Shown here piece by piece: positions 18,510 through 29,376 of a stretch of 64,000 nt of DNA. The DNA is from Promethearchaeota archaeon (GTDB lineage Archaea; Asgardarchaeota; Lokiarchaeia; Sigyniarchaeales; SOKP01), in assembly GCA_016840085.1 (NCBI GenBank), contig JAEOTA010000043.1, positions 32,488-96,487 on the forward strand. Direction: 5' to 3'. The notes below the pieces were generated by a model. It saw only the letters and a list, made by a program, of their open reading frames with translations, was not told the origin of the DNA and did no database searches. The translations under genes were made by a program, and so were the position numbers. Every line of letters starts with the position of its first letter. Position 1 is the stretch's first letter.

Positions 18510-19834
18510 TGAATCTCCTCATAAAGAATTTTATTATTATCAGAATTCAAAAACTTGCATAGGGTTGTTTGAGTCCGACCATTAATTTTGAGAAAAGGAT
18601 CTGCTCTTTTTAGTACCACACCAATAGATTTTAAGTCTTCTCGACGTTTAAATATGAATTTTTGAGTTCTTAAATTTATTATCCGTTTAGCTGAAATGGG
18701 ACCTATCCCTGGAACTCGTATCAACTCTTGGTAAGATGCATTATTAGGATCTACAAGATTATGATCTTTAAAATAGTATCTTGCTAAGTGGACTTTTGGA
18801 TCTCCTTCAGGTAAGTTATCATCCTCTGTTAAAACTTCTTTTAAATCTTTTAATTTAAAATGATATATACGTAATAACCAATCACTTTGATATAACTGAT
18901 GTTCTCTTGCTAGTGAGGTTGCTTGCTTACCTGCTAATGGAGTGCCCTCGATTGGGATGAAAGAAGAAAAATAAGCACGCCTTAGATCAATTTCCCGATA
19001 TCCCCAGTCGATCCTTTTAAGTAGTTCATAATCGCTTTCATTTTCTGCAGCTCCTACGACAAACTGGGTTGTTTGACCACTATTAAGAATTGGTGCACTA
19101 TCCCATCGAAATTTTTTGTAACCATCTGCTCGTCGATCCTTAATCATTCTTTCTTGAAATTTCAGTTGACAGTCTTTTTTCAAATCTCTTATGACCTTAA
19201 GGGTTTCCTCATTATGTCTAATACGAATCTGTTTTAACCAGCGCTGTCTTGTTATAATATCATTATTAAAATCTTTCTGATCTGCAATTTCCGCGAGATG
19301 ATCTTTAGTTGAGGCTTCTGTATTAATTGATATTCTATCGGAAAGAGATATCGCTTCTTTAAGGAGATACTGACTTACTCCAGGTAGGCATTTAAAATGC
19401 ACATATCCTTGAAAGTTATATTTGAATCGAAGGAGTTTAACCGCTTCCAACATTTCTTCAGTTGTTCTATCAGCACTGCCGCATACCCCTGATGAAATAA
19501 ATAACCCTTCAACAACATTCATCGAGTAAAGTTTCATAAATGTGCGAGCATATTCTTCTGGTGTAAAGCTCATCTTCTTCTTACAACTATGAGAAAAACA
19601 ATATTTACAATTGTAGATACATTTATTAGTATACAGAGTTTTAAAAAGACTCATACATCGACCATCAGGAGTATAGCTATGGCAAATCCCAGCACTTGCT
19701 GTAGCTCCAATCCATTTCTTTGAATCTCCAAAAAGTTTTGGATATTTATCGGTACGACTGGAAGCAGTACTGGCACAAATATCATATTTAGAATTTTCTC
19801 CTAATACTCGAATCTTTTCTAAAGTAGATGGCAC
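18506..19834 (-). CDS. Putative DNA modification/repair radical SAM protein with HhH motif (TIGR03916-like)
   Basis: KYDICAS, GICHSYTPDGRC.SLFK, CIYNCKYC, GQTTQF.VG, REH.LYQ.DWL.R.Y, VPGIGP.SA.RI. Confidence 0.9.
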   Translation of the reverse strand: MPSTLEKIRVLGENSKYDICASTASSRTDKYPKLFGDSKKWIGATASAGICHSYTPDGRCMSLFKTLYTNKCIYNCKYCFSHSCKKKMSFTPEEYARTFMKLYSMNVVEGLFISSGVCGSADRTTEEMLEAVKLLRFKYNFQGYVHFKCLPGVSQYLLKEAISLSDRISINTEASTKDHLAEIADQKDFNNDIITRQRWLKQIRIRHNEETLKVIRDLKKDCQLKFQERMIKDRRADGYKKFRWDSAPILNSGQTTQFVVGAAENESDYELLKRIDWGYREIDLRRAYFSSFIPIEGTPLAGKQATSLAREHQLYQSDWLLRIYHFKLKDLKEVLTEDDNLPEGDPKVHLARYYFKDHNLVDPNNASYQELIRVPGIGPISAKRIINLRTQKFIFKRREDLKSIGVVLKRADPFLKINGRTQTTLCKFLNSDNNKILYEEIQ

Positions 19835-20052
19835 GTTATCTCTCAGCTTCGTAGAATAATATACTTGAATATTCCATATAAGTTTAAATCTTGATATTTA
19901 CCTTATAAAAAGAGGGGGCATAGTGAATTTTAAAAAAAATTTAACTAATAAATCTCAATATTATCTTGAGAAATAAAAATTAAAGTTTTAATTTATTCTC
20001 TCATAAGTATCTAATAATTTCCTTAAAATAAATAGCAAAGTAATTGATTAAT

Positions 20053-21870
20053 ATGGTTAAATATACTGGCGGTGAAATAATCGCCAAATACCTAATTAAA
20101 GAAGGTGTAAAATATGTCATTGGTATTCCAGGACATGGAAATCTAGCATTAACTGATGCTTTTTACAGAAATAAGGATAAATTGCAATTAATTCAACCTA
20201 AACAAGAAATGGCAGGTGTACATCTTGCAGTAGGATATTATAGAATTACAGGAAAACCTCTTGTTGTATTTACTTCAATTGGACCAGGTGCAATGAATAC
20301 AGCAATAGGATTGGCAGATGCTTACGTAGATAGCTTCCCTGTTCTATGCTTGACTGGGACTACTCACACACATATGCGTGGGAAAGGAGTTCTTCAAGAA
20401 ATTGAAAGAAAAAGAGATTCTGATATGTTAAGGGTGCTAGAACCAATAGTAAAACGTAGTTGGCAAGTTAGTGAAGTTTCTCAATTACCCTCAATATTAC
20501 AGAGAGCATTTAATCAAATGACGACAGGGCGACGTGGATCAGTACATATCGATCTTCCCATGAATGTGCAAGCAGATGGTATTGACATCGAAATACCAGA
20601 ACCCTTTGAAAGAAGAGCATCTGGACGAATTTTGGGCGATCCTGAATTAATTCAAAAAGTTGCAGGGTTATTAAAAAATTCTAAAAGACCTCTTTTACTT
20701 TTAGGAGGAGGTGTTGTTATATCTGAAGCTTTTGAAGAAGTCAAGAATTTAGCCGAAAAACTAGGTGCCGGGGTAGTTGTCACAATGATGGGAAAAGATG
20801 CCTTTCCAAATGATCACCCTCTTTTCTGTTGGAGTACTGGAAGCAAAGGCACTACTATAGGTTTGAAGATGACTTCTACTGCTGATATTATTATTGCTAT
20901 TGGCTGTAGGTTTGCTGATCAAACAGCAAGTTCTTATAAAGATGGTGTAAGTTTTTCCATTCCGCCAACAAAACTCATTCAAATTGATATCGATCCACAT
21001 GAAATAGGTAAGAATTATCCTGTCGAAGTTGGCATTATTGGAGACGCTAAAGCATGCCTTCAACAAATTATTGAGGAATTGGGTGAATATTCAAAAGACT
21101 ATAAAAATGCTGAATATTTCAAGGAAATTCAAGAAGAAAAGAAGAAATGGTTTGAATTCCTTGATAAACATAGAGATAATACGAAAGTTCCAGTAATGAT
21201 TTCAACAGTATTAAAAGAAATAAGGAAATTTTTCGATAGGGATGCGGTGATAATTACTAGTTCTGGTAATGTTCAAGCACAAATGATTCAGGAACTTGAA
21301 TTCTATGAACCAAAAACCTGTTTAACGGCGGGCGGTTTTTCTACTATGGGATATAGCGTTCCTGCTGCGATAGGAGCCAAATTGGGTTCAATTGATATAG
21401 GAAAGCCAGATAGGCAAGTTGTTGCTTTAGTAGGGGATGGAGATTTTATGATGACCATTTCTGAGCTTTCAGTTGCTGTACAATTAGGGTTAACAAATAT
21501 TTTCTTTATAGTAATCAATAACTACGGATGGATTGCTATTAAAGACCTTCAGCAATCAGCATTTGGAGAAGATCGAGGATATGGTACCGCATTTTATGAT
21601 AAAGAAGGGAATCCTTATTCACCTGATTTTGCAAAAATCGCTGAAGGTTTTGGTTGTTATTCTGAGAGAATTTCGAAAAAAGAAGAGATTCTTCCAAGCT
21701 TAAAAAGAGCTGCTGAGTCAGGAAAACCAGCAGTCATAGAACTTGAAGTTCAAAGGAATTTTCCTTATACTGGTTCACCTGCTGTTGGCTGGTGGGATGT
21801 ACCCATTCCAACTTATCTAGTAGAGCGAAGAAAAAAATACGAAGAGGAAATTAAAGAAGAAAAGTTATAA
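20053..21870 (+). CDS. ThDP-dependent enzyme, ALS superfamily (IolD-like)
   Basis: GIPGHGN, TSIGPGA.N, GDGDF...NN ThDP motif, GGFSTMGY. Confidence 0.8.
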   Translation: MVKYTGGEIIAKYLIKEGVKYVIGIPGHGNLALTDAFYRNKDKLQLIQPKQEMAGVHLAVGYYRITGKPLVVFTSIGPGAMNTAIGLADAYVDSFPVLCLTGTTHTHMRGKGVLQEIERKRDSDMLRVLEPIVKRSWQVSEVSQLPSILQRAFNQMTTGRRGSVHIDLPMNVQADGIDIEIPEPFERRASGRILGDPELIQKVAGLLKNSKRPLLLLGGGVVISEAFEEVKNLAEKLGAGVVVTMMGKDAFPNDHPLFCWSTGSKGTTIGLKMTSTADIIIAIGCRFADQTASSYKDGVSFSIPPTKLIQIDIDPHEIGKNYPVEVGIIGDAKACLQQIIEELGEYSKDYKNAEYFKEIQEEKKKWFEFLDKHRDNTKVPVMISTVLKEIRKFFDRDAVIITSSGNVQAQMIQELEFYEPKTCLTAGGFSTMGYSVPAAIGAKLGSIDIGKPDRQVVALVGDGDFMMTISELSVAVQLGLTNIFFIVINNYGWIAIKDLQQSAFGEDRGYGTAFYDKEGNPYSPDFAKIAEGFGCYSERISKKEEILPSLKRAAESGKPAVIELEVQRNFPYTGSPAVGWWDVPIPTYLVERRKKYEEEIKEEKL

Positions 21871-21887
21871 TTTTTTTTATTTGCTTC

Positions 21888-22100
21888 TTATAATTCTTCT
21901 GTCAAATACTGGTTCTTGAATTTTTCAGAAGCGGGTTCTCCTCCGATTCCCCAATGAGTCCTTGGAATTTCATGGACAATTACTTCTACTGCTTGCTGAG
22001 GGACATTCAAATCTATGAATACTTTAGTAATGTTTTCAATTAACGTTTTCACTCTTTCTTCCCCGAAACCTTTCCAAACATTTACATGAACAATTGGCAT
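21888..22100 (-). CDS. 4-oxalocrotonate tautomerase family protein
   Basis: (M)PIVHV with catalytic Pro1; HWGIGG. Confidence 0.85.
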   Translation of the reverse strand: MPIVHVNVWKGFGEERVKTLIENITKVFIDLNVPQQAVEVIVHEIPRTHWGIGGEPASEKFKNQYLTEEL

Positions 22101-22243
22101 TCTTATCAATTAATTTTAATATTAATTAATTTAATTTGTCTATAAAAAATATACTAAATTTTTTCACTTTTTAATTTTACTTCTGGTTTTATTTCTAATA
22201 TTTGATATCTTAATTAATATGCTTAGTATATTTTGTATCTTTT

Positions 22244-23146
22244 TTAACTAGTTAAACGATTGACTATAAAATTTTTAAAAGCTTGGAGATCTTTCCAACT
22301 TCTTGCACATCTTATATTATTTCCCTTTTTACTTATTTTAGTAAAACCAGTTTCAGTAACTTCTAATTTCAAATCATCTATATTAAGCAATTCTTCAGAA
22401 AAAGCAAGATATATTGCAACTGTGTCAAATAAAATTGAGGTTTTTTGTTCTTTACTTATTAAACTCCCAAGTCCTGTTTTTTCAACCCATAATTCAAAAC
22501 ATTCTTTTATTGCATCTACAACGGGATTATTACATTTCATGAATTGCTTATAATTTTCACCCGATAATACGATATTTCCACATGTATCTAAAGGTGTTAT
22601 TGTTTTTTCCCAAGGAGCTTGAAAAACCTTTCTACAAGCAATGACATCGCTAAAGACATTGTATTCTGCCGTAGGTGTAGGATTTTCTTTATATCCAATA
22701 AAAATACTACCCTGCATTCCTATAAAAAACGCATTCTCAGTAATTTTACTGTTAAATTCAATTGCTTCTGCGATATTTCCTAATGGTCCAATAGCAATGA
22801 GTGTTATAGGGTTATAAGATTCTATTATCGTAGAACAAAGTGCTTCAATCCCATTTTCGTAAATAATTCCGGGATAGTTTGATAAATCATAGTCCTTTAC
22901 CCAATTATATAATAATCCTTTATTACTATTGCTTTGAGGTCCAATTCCTATGGGAATGTCAGTGCGATTTGCACGTTCAAGAAATTTAGCAACTAACTTA
23001 GCCTTAATATGAGTATCTTGGGCAACTGTTGTTATTAATTTAACATCTAGTTCTGAACATTTCAATAATAAACCAAGAGCCCATGTATCATCGATATCTA
23101 TACCTATATCAGTATCCAGAATAACTGGAATTTTTTTAAAATTCAA
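22244..23146 (-). CDS. Nucleoside hydrolase (IU-NH family)
   Basis: ILDTDIG.DIDD..AL, IGPLGN, AEYN, PLD. Confidence 0.88.
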   Translation of the reverse strand: MNFKKIPVILDTDIGIDIDDTWALGLLLKCSELDVKLITTVAQDTHIKAKLVAKFLERANRTDIPIGIGPQSNSNKGLLYNWVKDYDLSNYPGIIYENGIEALCSTIIESYNPITLIAIGPLGNIAEAIEFNSKITENAFFIGMQGSIFIGYKENPTPTAEYNVFSDVIACRKVFQAPWEKTITPLDTCGNIVLSGENYKQFMKCNNPVVDAIKECFELWVEKTGLGSLISKEQKTSILFDTVAIYLAFSEELLNIDDLKLEVTETGFTKISKKGNNIRCARSWKDLQAFKNFIVNRLTS

Positions 23147-23177
23147 TTTCTAAAAGAGTGTTTTTAATTCTATACCA

Positions 23178-24017
23178 TTATACGTTTATAAAATCTAAAA
23201 AGACATCAATTAAACTTTGAAGAACTAAAGCTTTGGCGATATCTCCCTGTATAATTATTTTTCCTGCCATGAAAGCAGATACAGGATCACCATTAAGTAA
23301 TACTTCTGTAGAAGTTTCAAGACTCATTTCTAATATTAAATTAGGATTGGGAACTGTTTTTTTAGTCCATTCCATTCTATTGTCAACAATGCGGATTAAA
23401 TAATTATCAAGGTCAGTAATTTTCATTTGAATTATTAAATCTTCTTCTGAAATTACTTCTTTAGCTTCAGGATTATTATTGACAAAAGCAGTTAAGACTT
23501 CCAAGAAAAGAGGTACTTGGGAGGGTTCAACGGACGATCCTTTAAAATACACATTTATAAGACTTTTCATTGAACTTGCATCAATTAAAATTCTTTCCTC
23601 TCGATTATCTATAATATCTAATAATTTAAAAGCTAATTCTAAGATTTCAACAAATAAAACAACCTTAGATAAATCACCTTTAATTGTAAAGAGTTCTGAG
23701 AAATAGGCTTCTAACGGATCCAAATGACCAAGTAATAATTTAGAAATAGTCCTTAGATCTGAGATTATAATAAAATCAGGGGATTTTAAACTTCCCTCGT
23801 TAAATTTAGCATTTTTATTTTCTATGACAAGGTGATAAGGTTCAGCATCTTCAATTTTCACTTGCAAAGTTAGTTTATAACCTTCAATAAGTTTCTGAGC
23901 TTCTGGATTTGTATTGATAAAATCACAGATTACTTGAAATACAATAGGAATATCTTCAATACTAGCAGCTTCAACACCTTTTTGTCTAATTTCAAATAAT
24001 CTTTCTAAATTTTTCAT
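23178..24017 (-). CDS. Tandem SCP2 sterol/lipid-binding domain protein
   Basis: Two repeats ending DP..A(Y/F)....I.GD..K. Confidence 0.8.
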   Translation of the reverse strand: MKNLERLFEIRQKGVEAASIEDIPIVFQVICDFINTNPEAQKLIEGYKLTLQVKIEDAEPYHLVIENKNAKFNEGSLKSPDFIIISDLRTISKLLLGHLDPLEAYFSELFTIKGDLSKVVLFVEILELAFKLLDIIDNREERILIDASSMKSLINVYFKGSSVEPSQVPLFLEVLTAFVNNNPEAKEVISEEDLIIQMKITDLDNYLIRIVDNRMEWTKKTVPNPNLILEMSLETSTEVLLNGDPVSAFMAGKIIIQGDIAKALVLQSLIDVFLDFINV

Positions 24018-24038
24018 TTTAGGTCATGTTCAAGTTTT

Positions 24039-25577
24039 TTAATTAAGTATATTAATTGGTTTATTTTTATAAATAGAGTATGTTCCATCTAATTTTTTTT
24101 TTAGATTCGAAGGAAAATTAAATCTATTTGAATATAGGGTATAAATCAAATCATCAATTTCTTTTTGAAAATCTATGTAATCATAATTTTGGTTGGTTCG
24201 TTTTCCTTTAATAATCTCATTGACTAATTTTTCAACTTTAATTTTTGTTTCAATATTAGGTAGAATAAAAGGCAAAGCTTGAATCCCTGTGATTTGAATA
24301 CTATTCGTATTATTAATAATTCCTTTAGCAAGGTAATTATATAAAGAGCTATTCAACAATCCTAACATAAAAAGAATTGAAATTGATTTATTTTTAACTA
24401 TAAAACCGATTGCTTTATTAGAATCCCAGAAACATCCTTTTGGCATATATCGTGCTGCTAATTTTGAACTTACGCCACTAATAACTATTCCCTCCTTTTC
24501 AAATGGGACGTTTTTAGGAATATCGTAATTTTTTCTTGAATTCTTATTCCAATCCAGTGCTTCCATTATTGGTCTATAATATTGATCTGCTCCCCCTTGC
24601 TTCAAATATGGTATCCATTCTTCTGATTCTAAATCCTCTCTTTTAATAATTTTATACTTTCTGTTTAAATCTGATATATTAGTATTTCTTTTGTTAAATA
24701 TCTCAGCTAATTTAGTACCCTTAACAGCTGCTATATATTTTTTATTATCGTGTGTATGCATTCCGATAAACCCTTGTATATAATCCTCTAATCTTGGTGC
24801 TTCTTCAAATAGTTTGATCACTTGTTCTTCAACATCAATATAAAATATATTAAAAGGTAAGGAATTATACTTTAGTTGCTTAATTTTATTAACAATCTTA
24901 TGAGCTGGATAATCATCTTCACTGTTAATCCTGGTTATAACCTTTATTACATTATTTTCTCTGATATTCTTATTTTTTTGACCTGAAAATTTTGTTAAGA
25001 TAATAATTACTGGATTTGTACTAACTTTTTGTTTTGAGAATAAGTTCTTTGGTGCTAAAAGAATCTCATTGATTATACAATTTCTAAGAATGAATTTCCT
25101 TAATTTTCTATGGGTACTCAGCGTTAAAAATGAATCGCTAGTGATAAAACCTAATCTACCTCCCTCTTTCAATCTCCAGATGCTATTTACGATGAACATC
25201 GCGTAAGTTTCATGAGCATTAATTTTGCCATAAATACTTCTTAATTTTAATCTATTTTTTCTTACATAGGAACTAGCTTTATTTAAATAAGGAGGATTTC
25301 CAACAATAAAATCAAATTCGTTATAAGAATCTGGATATAAAGATAAGAGCGTGTCCTGTAATTTAAAAGAAACACCTAACATTTCTATATCGTGTTTAAA
25401 GCTAGGATTTATATCATAAGTAATTATTTGATTCTTATCAATTCCACATTCTAGTAATTTTTTTACAAAAATACCTGGACCTACGCAGGGATCCAAAATT
25501 TTTTGCCCTTCTTTAATTAGTCCTAATCTAGAAATAATGTATTCTGCTGTTTTAGGAGGTGTTATAACTATTCCCAA
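24039..25577 (-). CDS. N6-adenine DNA methyltransferase (gamma class, TaqI/Eco57I-like) with TRD
   Basis: LDPCVGPGIF, VGNPPY, G.LGFIT, LLNS.L C-terminal TRD; start codon uncertain. Confidence 0.85.
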   Translation of the reverse strand: MGIVITPPKTAEYIISRLGLIKEGQKILDPCVGPGIFVKKLLECGIDKNQIITYDINPSFKHDIEMLGVSFKLQDTLLSLYPDSYNEFDFIVGNPPYLNKASSYVRKNRLKLRSIYGKINAHETYAMFIVNSIWRLKEGGRLGFITSDSFLTLSTHRKLRKFILRNCIINEILLAPKNLFSKQKVSTNPVIIILTKFSGQKNKNIRENNVIKVITRINSEDDYPAHKIVNKIKQLKYNSLPFNIFYIDVEEQVIKLFEEAPRLEDYIQGFIGMHTHDNKKYIAAVKGTKLAEIFNKRNTNISDLNRKYKIIKREDLESEEWIPYLKQGGADQYYRPIMEALDWNKNSRKNYDIPKNVPFEKEGIVISGVSSKLAARYMPKGCFWDSNKAIGFIVKNKSISILFMLGLLNSSLYNYLAKGIINNTNSIQITGIQALPFILPNIETKIKVEKLVNEIIKGKRTNQNYDYIDFQKEIDDLIYTLYSNRFNFPSNLKKKLDGTYSIYKNKPINILN

Positions 25578-25631
25578 ATTTTTATTATTGAATTCGATTA
25601 CTAATCAACACTTTTAAATTATTTTAACTAT

Positions 25632-26807
25632 TCAGGAATCAATTTCAGCTAATAAAATTGTATAAAATTGACAGATTTTTTTTAAAACTAACGGATCTAT
25701 TTTATCAATATTATCATTGATGGAATGTATATAATTATACGAAGTTTTATCTCCATTGCCAAGTCCATGGAACTTCTTACTCATTAGAAATAATCCATCA
25801 CTATATGTCCCTATATAAATTCTCTTTGCATTTTCTAAGCTCATCAGATCCCTATTTTCTAAAATAAAATTCATTGATTTAAAATTATTATTATTAATGA
25901 GACCATGATTATATAAGATAACCTTCTTTGCAATTGAATCAAAATTGATAGTAAACGTCCTTTCTCTATCAAAATCCTTAATATTTTTGTAAAAATTCCT
26001 AACTCCCATTGTTCCAGATTCTTCTGCTCCTGTGAATACAAACCATAAATTAATATTTTTTAGTCTATTATTCGGATTTGAATAGTAATTTAGCAATTCC
26101 ATAACAATTGATATTCCAGACGCATTATCTATTGCTCCTTTAGATTTATTATTCGTTGTATTTAAAACGATAAATAATGTGGCTAATCCGTTAATACTTA
26201 AAACCAAAATACCAACAATCTGAAGTATCAAAATTGAGTTTAGAAGGTAGTATGAATTTATGATATTAATAAATAAACCAACAATGAAGCTAAAAATCCA
26301 TAAATAATAAAATAAAATACGAAATTTCACAGATAATAATTGTCCTTTTGAGTCTAAATGCGAAAAAAGAAGAATATTTTTATTCCAATCTGTTCCTCCA
26401 TTTTTTTCTTCATAATTTATGTTTTTCTGCCCAGATTTTGAAGGTATGGTTACAAAAATATTTTGAGAATGTAATTTTCTTCCTAATTTAATCTCTTCTG
26501 GATTCCTTGTAATTATAATTAGAATAAAAAGCAAGAAAAAAACTAGAAAGATATTTGTATAAGTAAAGATAATTTGGATGTTTGAAAATAGAATTAAATG
26601 AAGCCAAAATAATAGAGTTAAGGATATTTTTGGATAAATTCTTGAATAGAATATACTAAAAGAGAATTCTTGAATGGTTGGAGTAAGATTTAAACCTTCT
26701 ATCTTTTTCTTGGCAAGATTGAAACTATTTCTCTCTAAATATGTACCTGATAATCTTGGAAAAGAAAATTCCTCAAGATTTTCTAAAATATGGTTCTCAT
26801 CGATCAT
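25632..26807 (-). CDS. M28 family metallopeptidase with transmembrane hairpins (paralog of 9845-11134)
   Basis: FSFPRLSGT, SHLDSK, GAIDNASG, AEESG, NFD, SD, HS.ND. Confidence 0.82.
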   Translation of the reverse strand: MIDENHILENLEEFSFPRLSGTYLERNSFNLAKKKIEGLNLTPTIQEFSFSIFYSRIYPKISLTLLFWLHLILFSNIQIIFTYTNIFLVFFLLFILIIITRNPEEIKLGRKLHSQNIFVTIPSKSGQKNINYEEKNGGTDWNKNILLFSHLDSKGQLLSVKFRILFYYLWIFSFIVGLFINIINSYYLLNSILILQIVGILVLSINGLATLFIVLNTTNNKSKGAIDNASGISIVMELLNYYSNPNNRLKNINLWFVFTGAEESGTMGVRNFYKNIKDFDRERTFTINFDSIAKKVILYNHGLINNNNFKSMNFILENRDLMSLENAKRIYIGTYSDGLFLMSKKFHGLGNGDKTSYNYIHSINDNIDKIDPLVLKKICQFYTILLAEIDS

Positions 26808-26827
26808 AATGCATTATTTTGCTTAAT

Positions 26828-28495
26828 TTAATTTAAATAAGCGCCCACTTTTGCAGAAGCTACACTTTTCCTATAAAGATTTAAATAACCTGTTTTAATC
26901 TTTGGTTCTGGTTTTTTCCATTCAGTTAATCTTTTTTCTATTTCTTCTTTTGTGACTAATAGATTCAATTTACGATTATCAATATCAATTTCTATATCAT
27001 CTCCATCTTCAACAATAGCAATAGGACCTCCTTCAAATGCTTCAGGACACACATGTCCAATGCAGGGCCCTCTTGTAGCTCCGGAATATCTTCCATCAGT
27101 TATCATCGCTACTGAATCCCCTAGTCCCATACCCATTAAAATTGCTGCGGGAAGTGATAATTCTCTCATTCCAGGTGATCCTTTTGGACCTTCATATCTT
27201 ATTACCAAAACATCTCCTTCCTTTATAAAACCTTGAATTAAAGCATCTTTAATATCCTCTTCACTCTCAAACACTTTAGCAGAACCTTTATGATATCTCA
27301 TTTTTGAACTTACAGCACTCTGTTTTATAATTGCGCCCTCAGGTGCTAAATTCCCCGTCAAAATAGCAATTGCTCCTTCTTTCGCTATGGGATCTTCAAA
27401 ATTACGAATTATTTGATAATCTTTAAATTCAATAGAGTTTAAGTAATCTTTCAATGTTAAACCTAAAACAGTTTTAGTAGATAAATCTAAAATACGAGAT
27501 AATTTTTTCATTAGAACACCAACACCTCCAGCTTCGTGAAATTCAGTTAAGTTATATTCTGAAGCTGGTTTGAATTTTGCTAATAATGGAACAGATTTGC
27601 TGAGATTGTCAAAATTAAAATGATTTAAGGATCCCCCAATCTCATGAGATAAAGCACACATATGTAATATCATATTTGTAGAGCCGCCAAAGGATAAAGC
27701 TACTTTGATAGAATTTTCAATTGAATTATGTGTAATAATATCCAATGCTCTCACGTTGTTTTTAACCAAATTCATTATTATTTGACCAGTTTGTTTGCAT
27801 AGTCCTTCTCTTTCAGTACCAATAGCGCTCATTGTAGCACACTTTGGTAAAGAAAGTCCCATTGCCTCAACAATACAAGCCATTGTGTTTGCAGTACCCA
27901 TCATATTACAAGCTCCAGGAGAACAACATGTTTGAGATTCAATTAGAAAAAAATCCTCTTTACTTATTTTTCCAGCTTTATATTCTCCAATTGCTTCTTT
28001 AATGTCACTTGCAACATAAGTTCTTCCTTTTAATGGACCATCTTTAAAATGCTTTGGCTCCATAATTCCTCCTGTAAGGAAGATTGTTGCGATATTACAC
28101 CTTGCAGCTGCTAAAAGCATACCAGGTATTATCTTATCACAAGAGCACAGCATAACCATACCATCAAAATTGTAAGCTTTTATTGTACTTTCGATCGATG
28201 ATGCAATGATCTCTCGAGATGGTAAAACATATTTAGAGAAATTTCCCGAATTAGCAATCCCATCGCATATCGCAATTGTGTTAAATTCCATAGGTGTTCC
28301 TCCCCTATTTCTAATTTCTGCTTTAACGATATTAGCTAATTTTTTTAAATGAATATGTCCTGGATTAATCTCATTCCATGAATTCACAATAGCAATCTTA
28401 GGTTTTTGTAAATCCTCATATGAAAATCCGCAAGCCCGATATAAAGCTCTTTCATAAGCTTTTATAGGATCCAATTCTTCTTTCTGAATTGACAT
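26828..28495 (-). CDS. ilvD: Dihydroxy-acid dehydratase (IlvD/Edd family)
   Basis: [51 protein letters not shown]. Confidence 0.92.
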   Translation of the reverse strand: MSIQKEELDPIKAYERALYRACGFSYEDLQKPKIAIVNSWNEINPGHIHLKKLANIVKAEIRNRGGTPMEFNTIAICDGIANSGNFSKYVLPSREIIASSIESTIKAYNFDGMVMLCSCDKIIPGMLLAAARCNIATIFLTGGIMEPKHFKDGPLKGRTYVASDIKEAIGEYKAGKISKEDFFLIESQTCCSPGACNMMGTANTMACIVEAMGLSLPKCATMSAIGTEREGLCKQTGQIIMNLVKNNVRALDIITHNSIENSIKVALSFGGSTNMILHMCALSHEIGGSLNHFNFDNLSKSVPLLAKFKPASEYNLTEFHEAGGVGVLMKKLSRILDLSTKTVLGLTLKDYLNSIEFKDYQIIRNFEDPIAKEGAIAILTGNLAPEGAIIKQSAVSSKMRYHKGSAKVFESEEDIKDALIQGFIKEGDVLVIRYEGPKGSPGMRELSLPAAILMGMGLGDSVAMITDGRYSGATRGPCIGHVCPEAFEGGPIAIVEDGDDIEIDIDNRKLNLLVTKEEIEKRLTEWKKPEPKIKTGYLNLYRKSVASAKVGAYLN

Positions 28496-28577
28496 GATTA
28501 ATTATTCTACAAATAGAGATTATATAAAATTAATGAATAAAAAGAAATTTTAAGATTCCAATACAAGTTTTAAAATC

Positions 28578-29339
28578 TTAGAATCTAATTGATAAGCAAG
28601 AAAGACCTCCATCCATTTTTCTAAATTCTGATATATCGATTTCAAGTATATCATATCCATAATTTAATATCGATTTTTTTAGCTTTTTAAATCCCTTCGG
28701 GATAAGAACATAATTGTTAATCCTTATGCTATTTGCAGCATAACTTTCATCTTTAGTAACTTCAATTAAATTATACTCCTTAAAGATTGGATTATTAATG
28801 AATTCACCTGATACAATTAAATTATTATCTCCGATATAAGATACTCCTGTTTTAAGATGAAGAATATTACTTAATGGAACAGTTACACATGAATAACTAT
28901 AGTGTTCTAAAATCTCTATTAATTGTCTTACCCCTTCCTTATTTGTTCGCTTAGAAACTCCAATATAATATTTATTATCTACTCTCAAGATATCTCCGCC
29001 TTCTAATGTTCCAGGATTTGTAATACACGCAATATTATCATAAAACCTCCCTAAAACCCCCTTTATTTCTATCTCTTCACCTTTTCTACTTATAACACCT
29101 AAATTTGCAATTATTGCTACTTCCTCATTAACAACGGCTGTATCTTCAACAAACGTGGAATCGGGATAACTATCATTTGCATCCAATTGAATAATTTTAA
29201 GTCCACATTTTTTCAAAGCAATCATATATGATAAATGCTGAAAAACAGCCTTGTCATAATCAGGCTTTCCTAAATTTGAAGAAGTTATACCCTTTTGAAA
29301 ATTTTTTGCTGGTTTTCTCACAATTGCCTGTTTAAACAC
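28578..29339 (-). CDS. Dimethylarginine dimethylaminohydrolase (amidinotransferase superfamily)
   Basis: PDS.FVEDTA, SR.GE, LEGGD, HLKT, DGGLSCLS.RF. Confidence 0.9.
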   Translation of the reverse strand: MFKQAIVRKPAKNFQKGITSSNLGKPDYDKAVFQHLSYMIALKKCGLKIIQLDANDSYPDSTFVEDTAVVNEEVAIIANLGVISRKGEEIEIKGVLGRFYDNIACITNPGTLEGGDILRVDNKYYIGVSKRTNKEGVRQLIEILEHYSYSCVTVPLSNILHLKTGVSYIGDNNLIVSGEFINNPIFKEYNLIEVTKDESYAANSIRINNYVLIPKGFKKLKKSILNYGYDILEIDISEFRKMDGGLSCLSIRF

Positions 29340-29376
29340 AGTTAATCAACATAAAATAAATTTATACCTATAGGGA

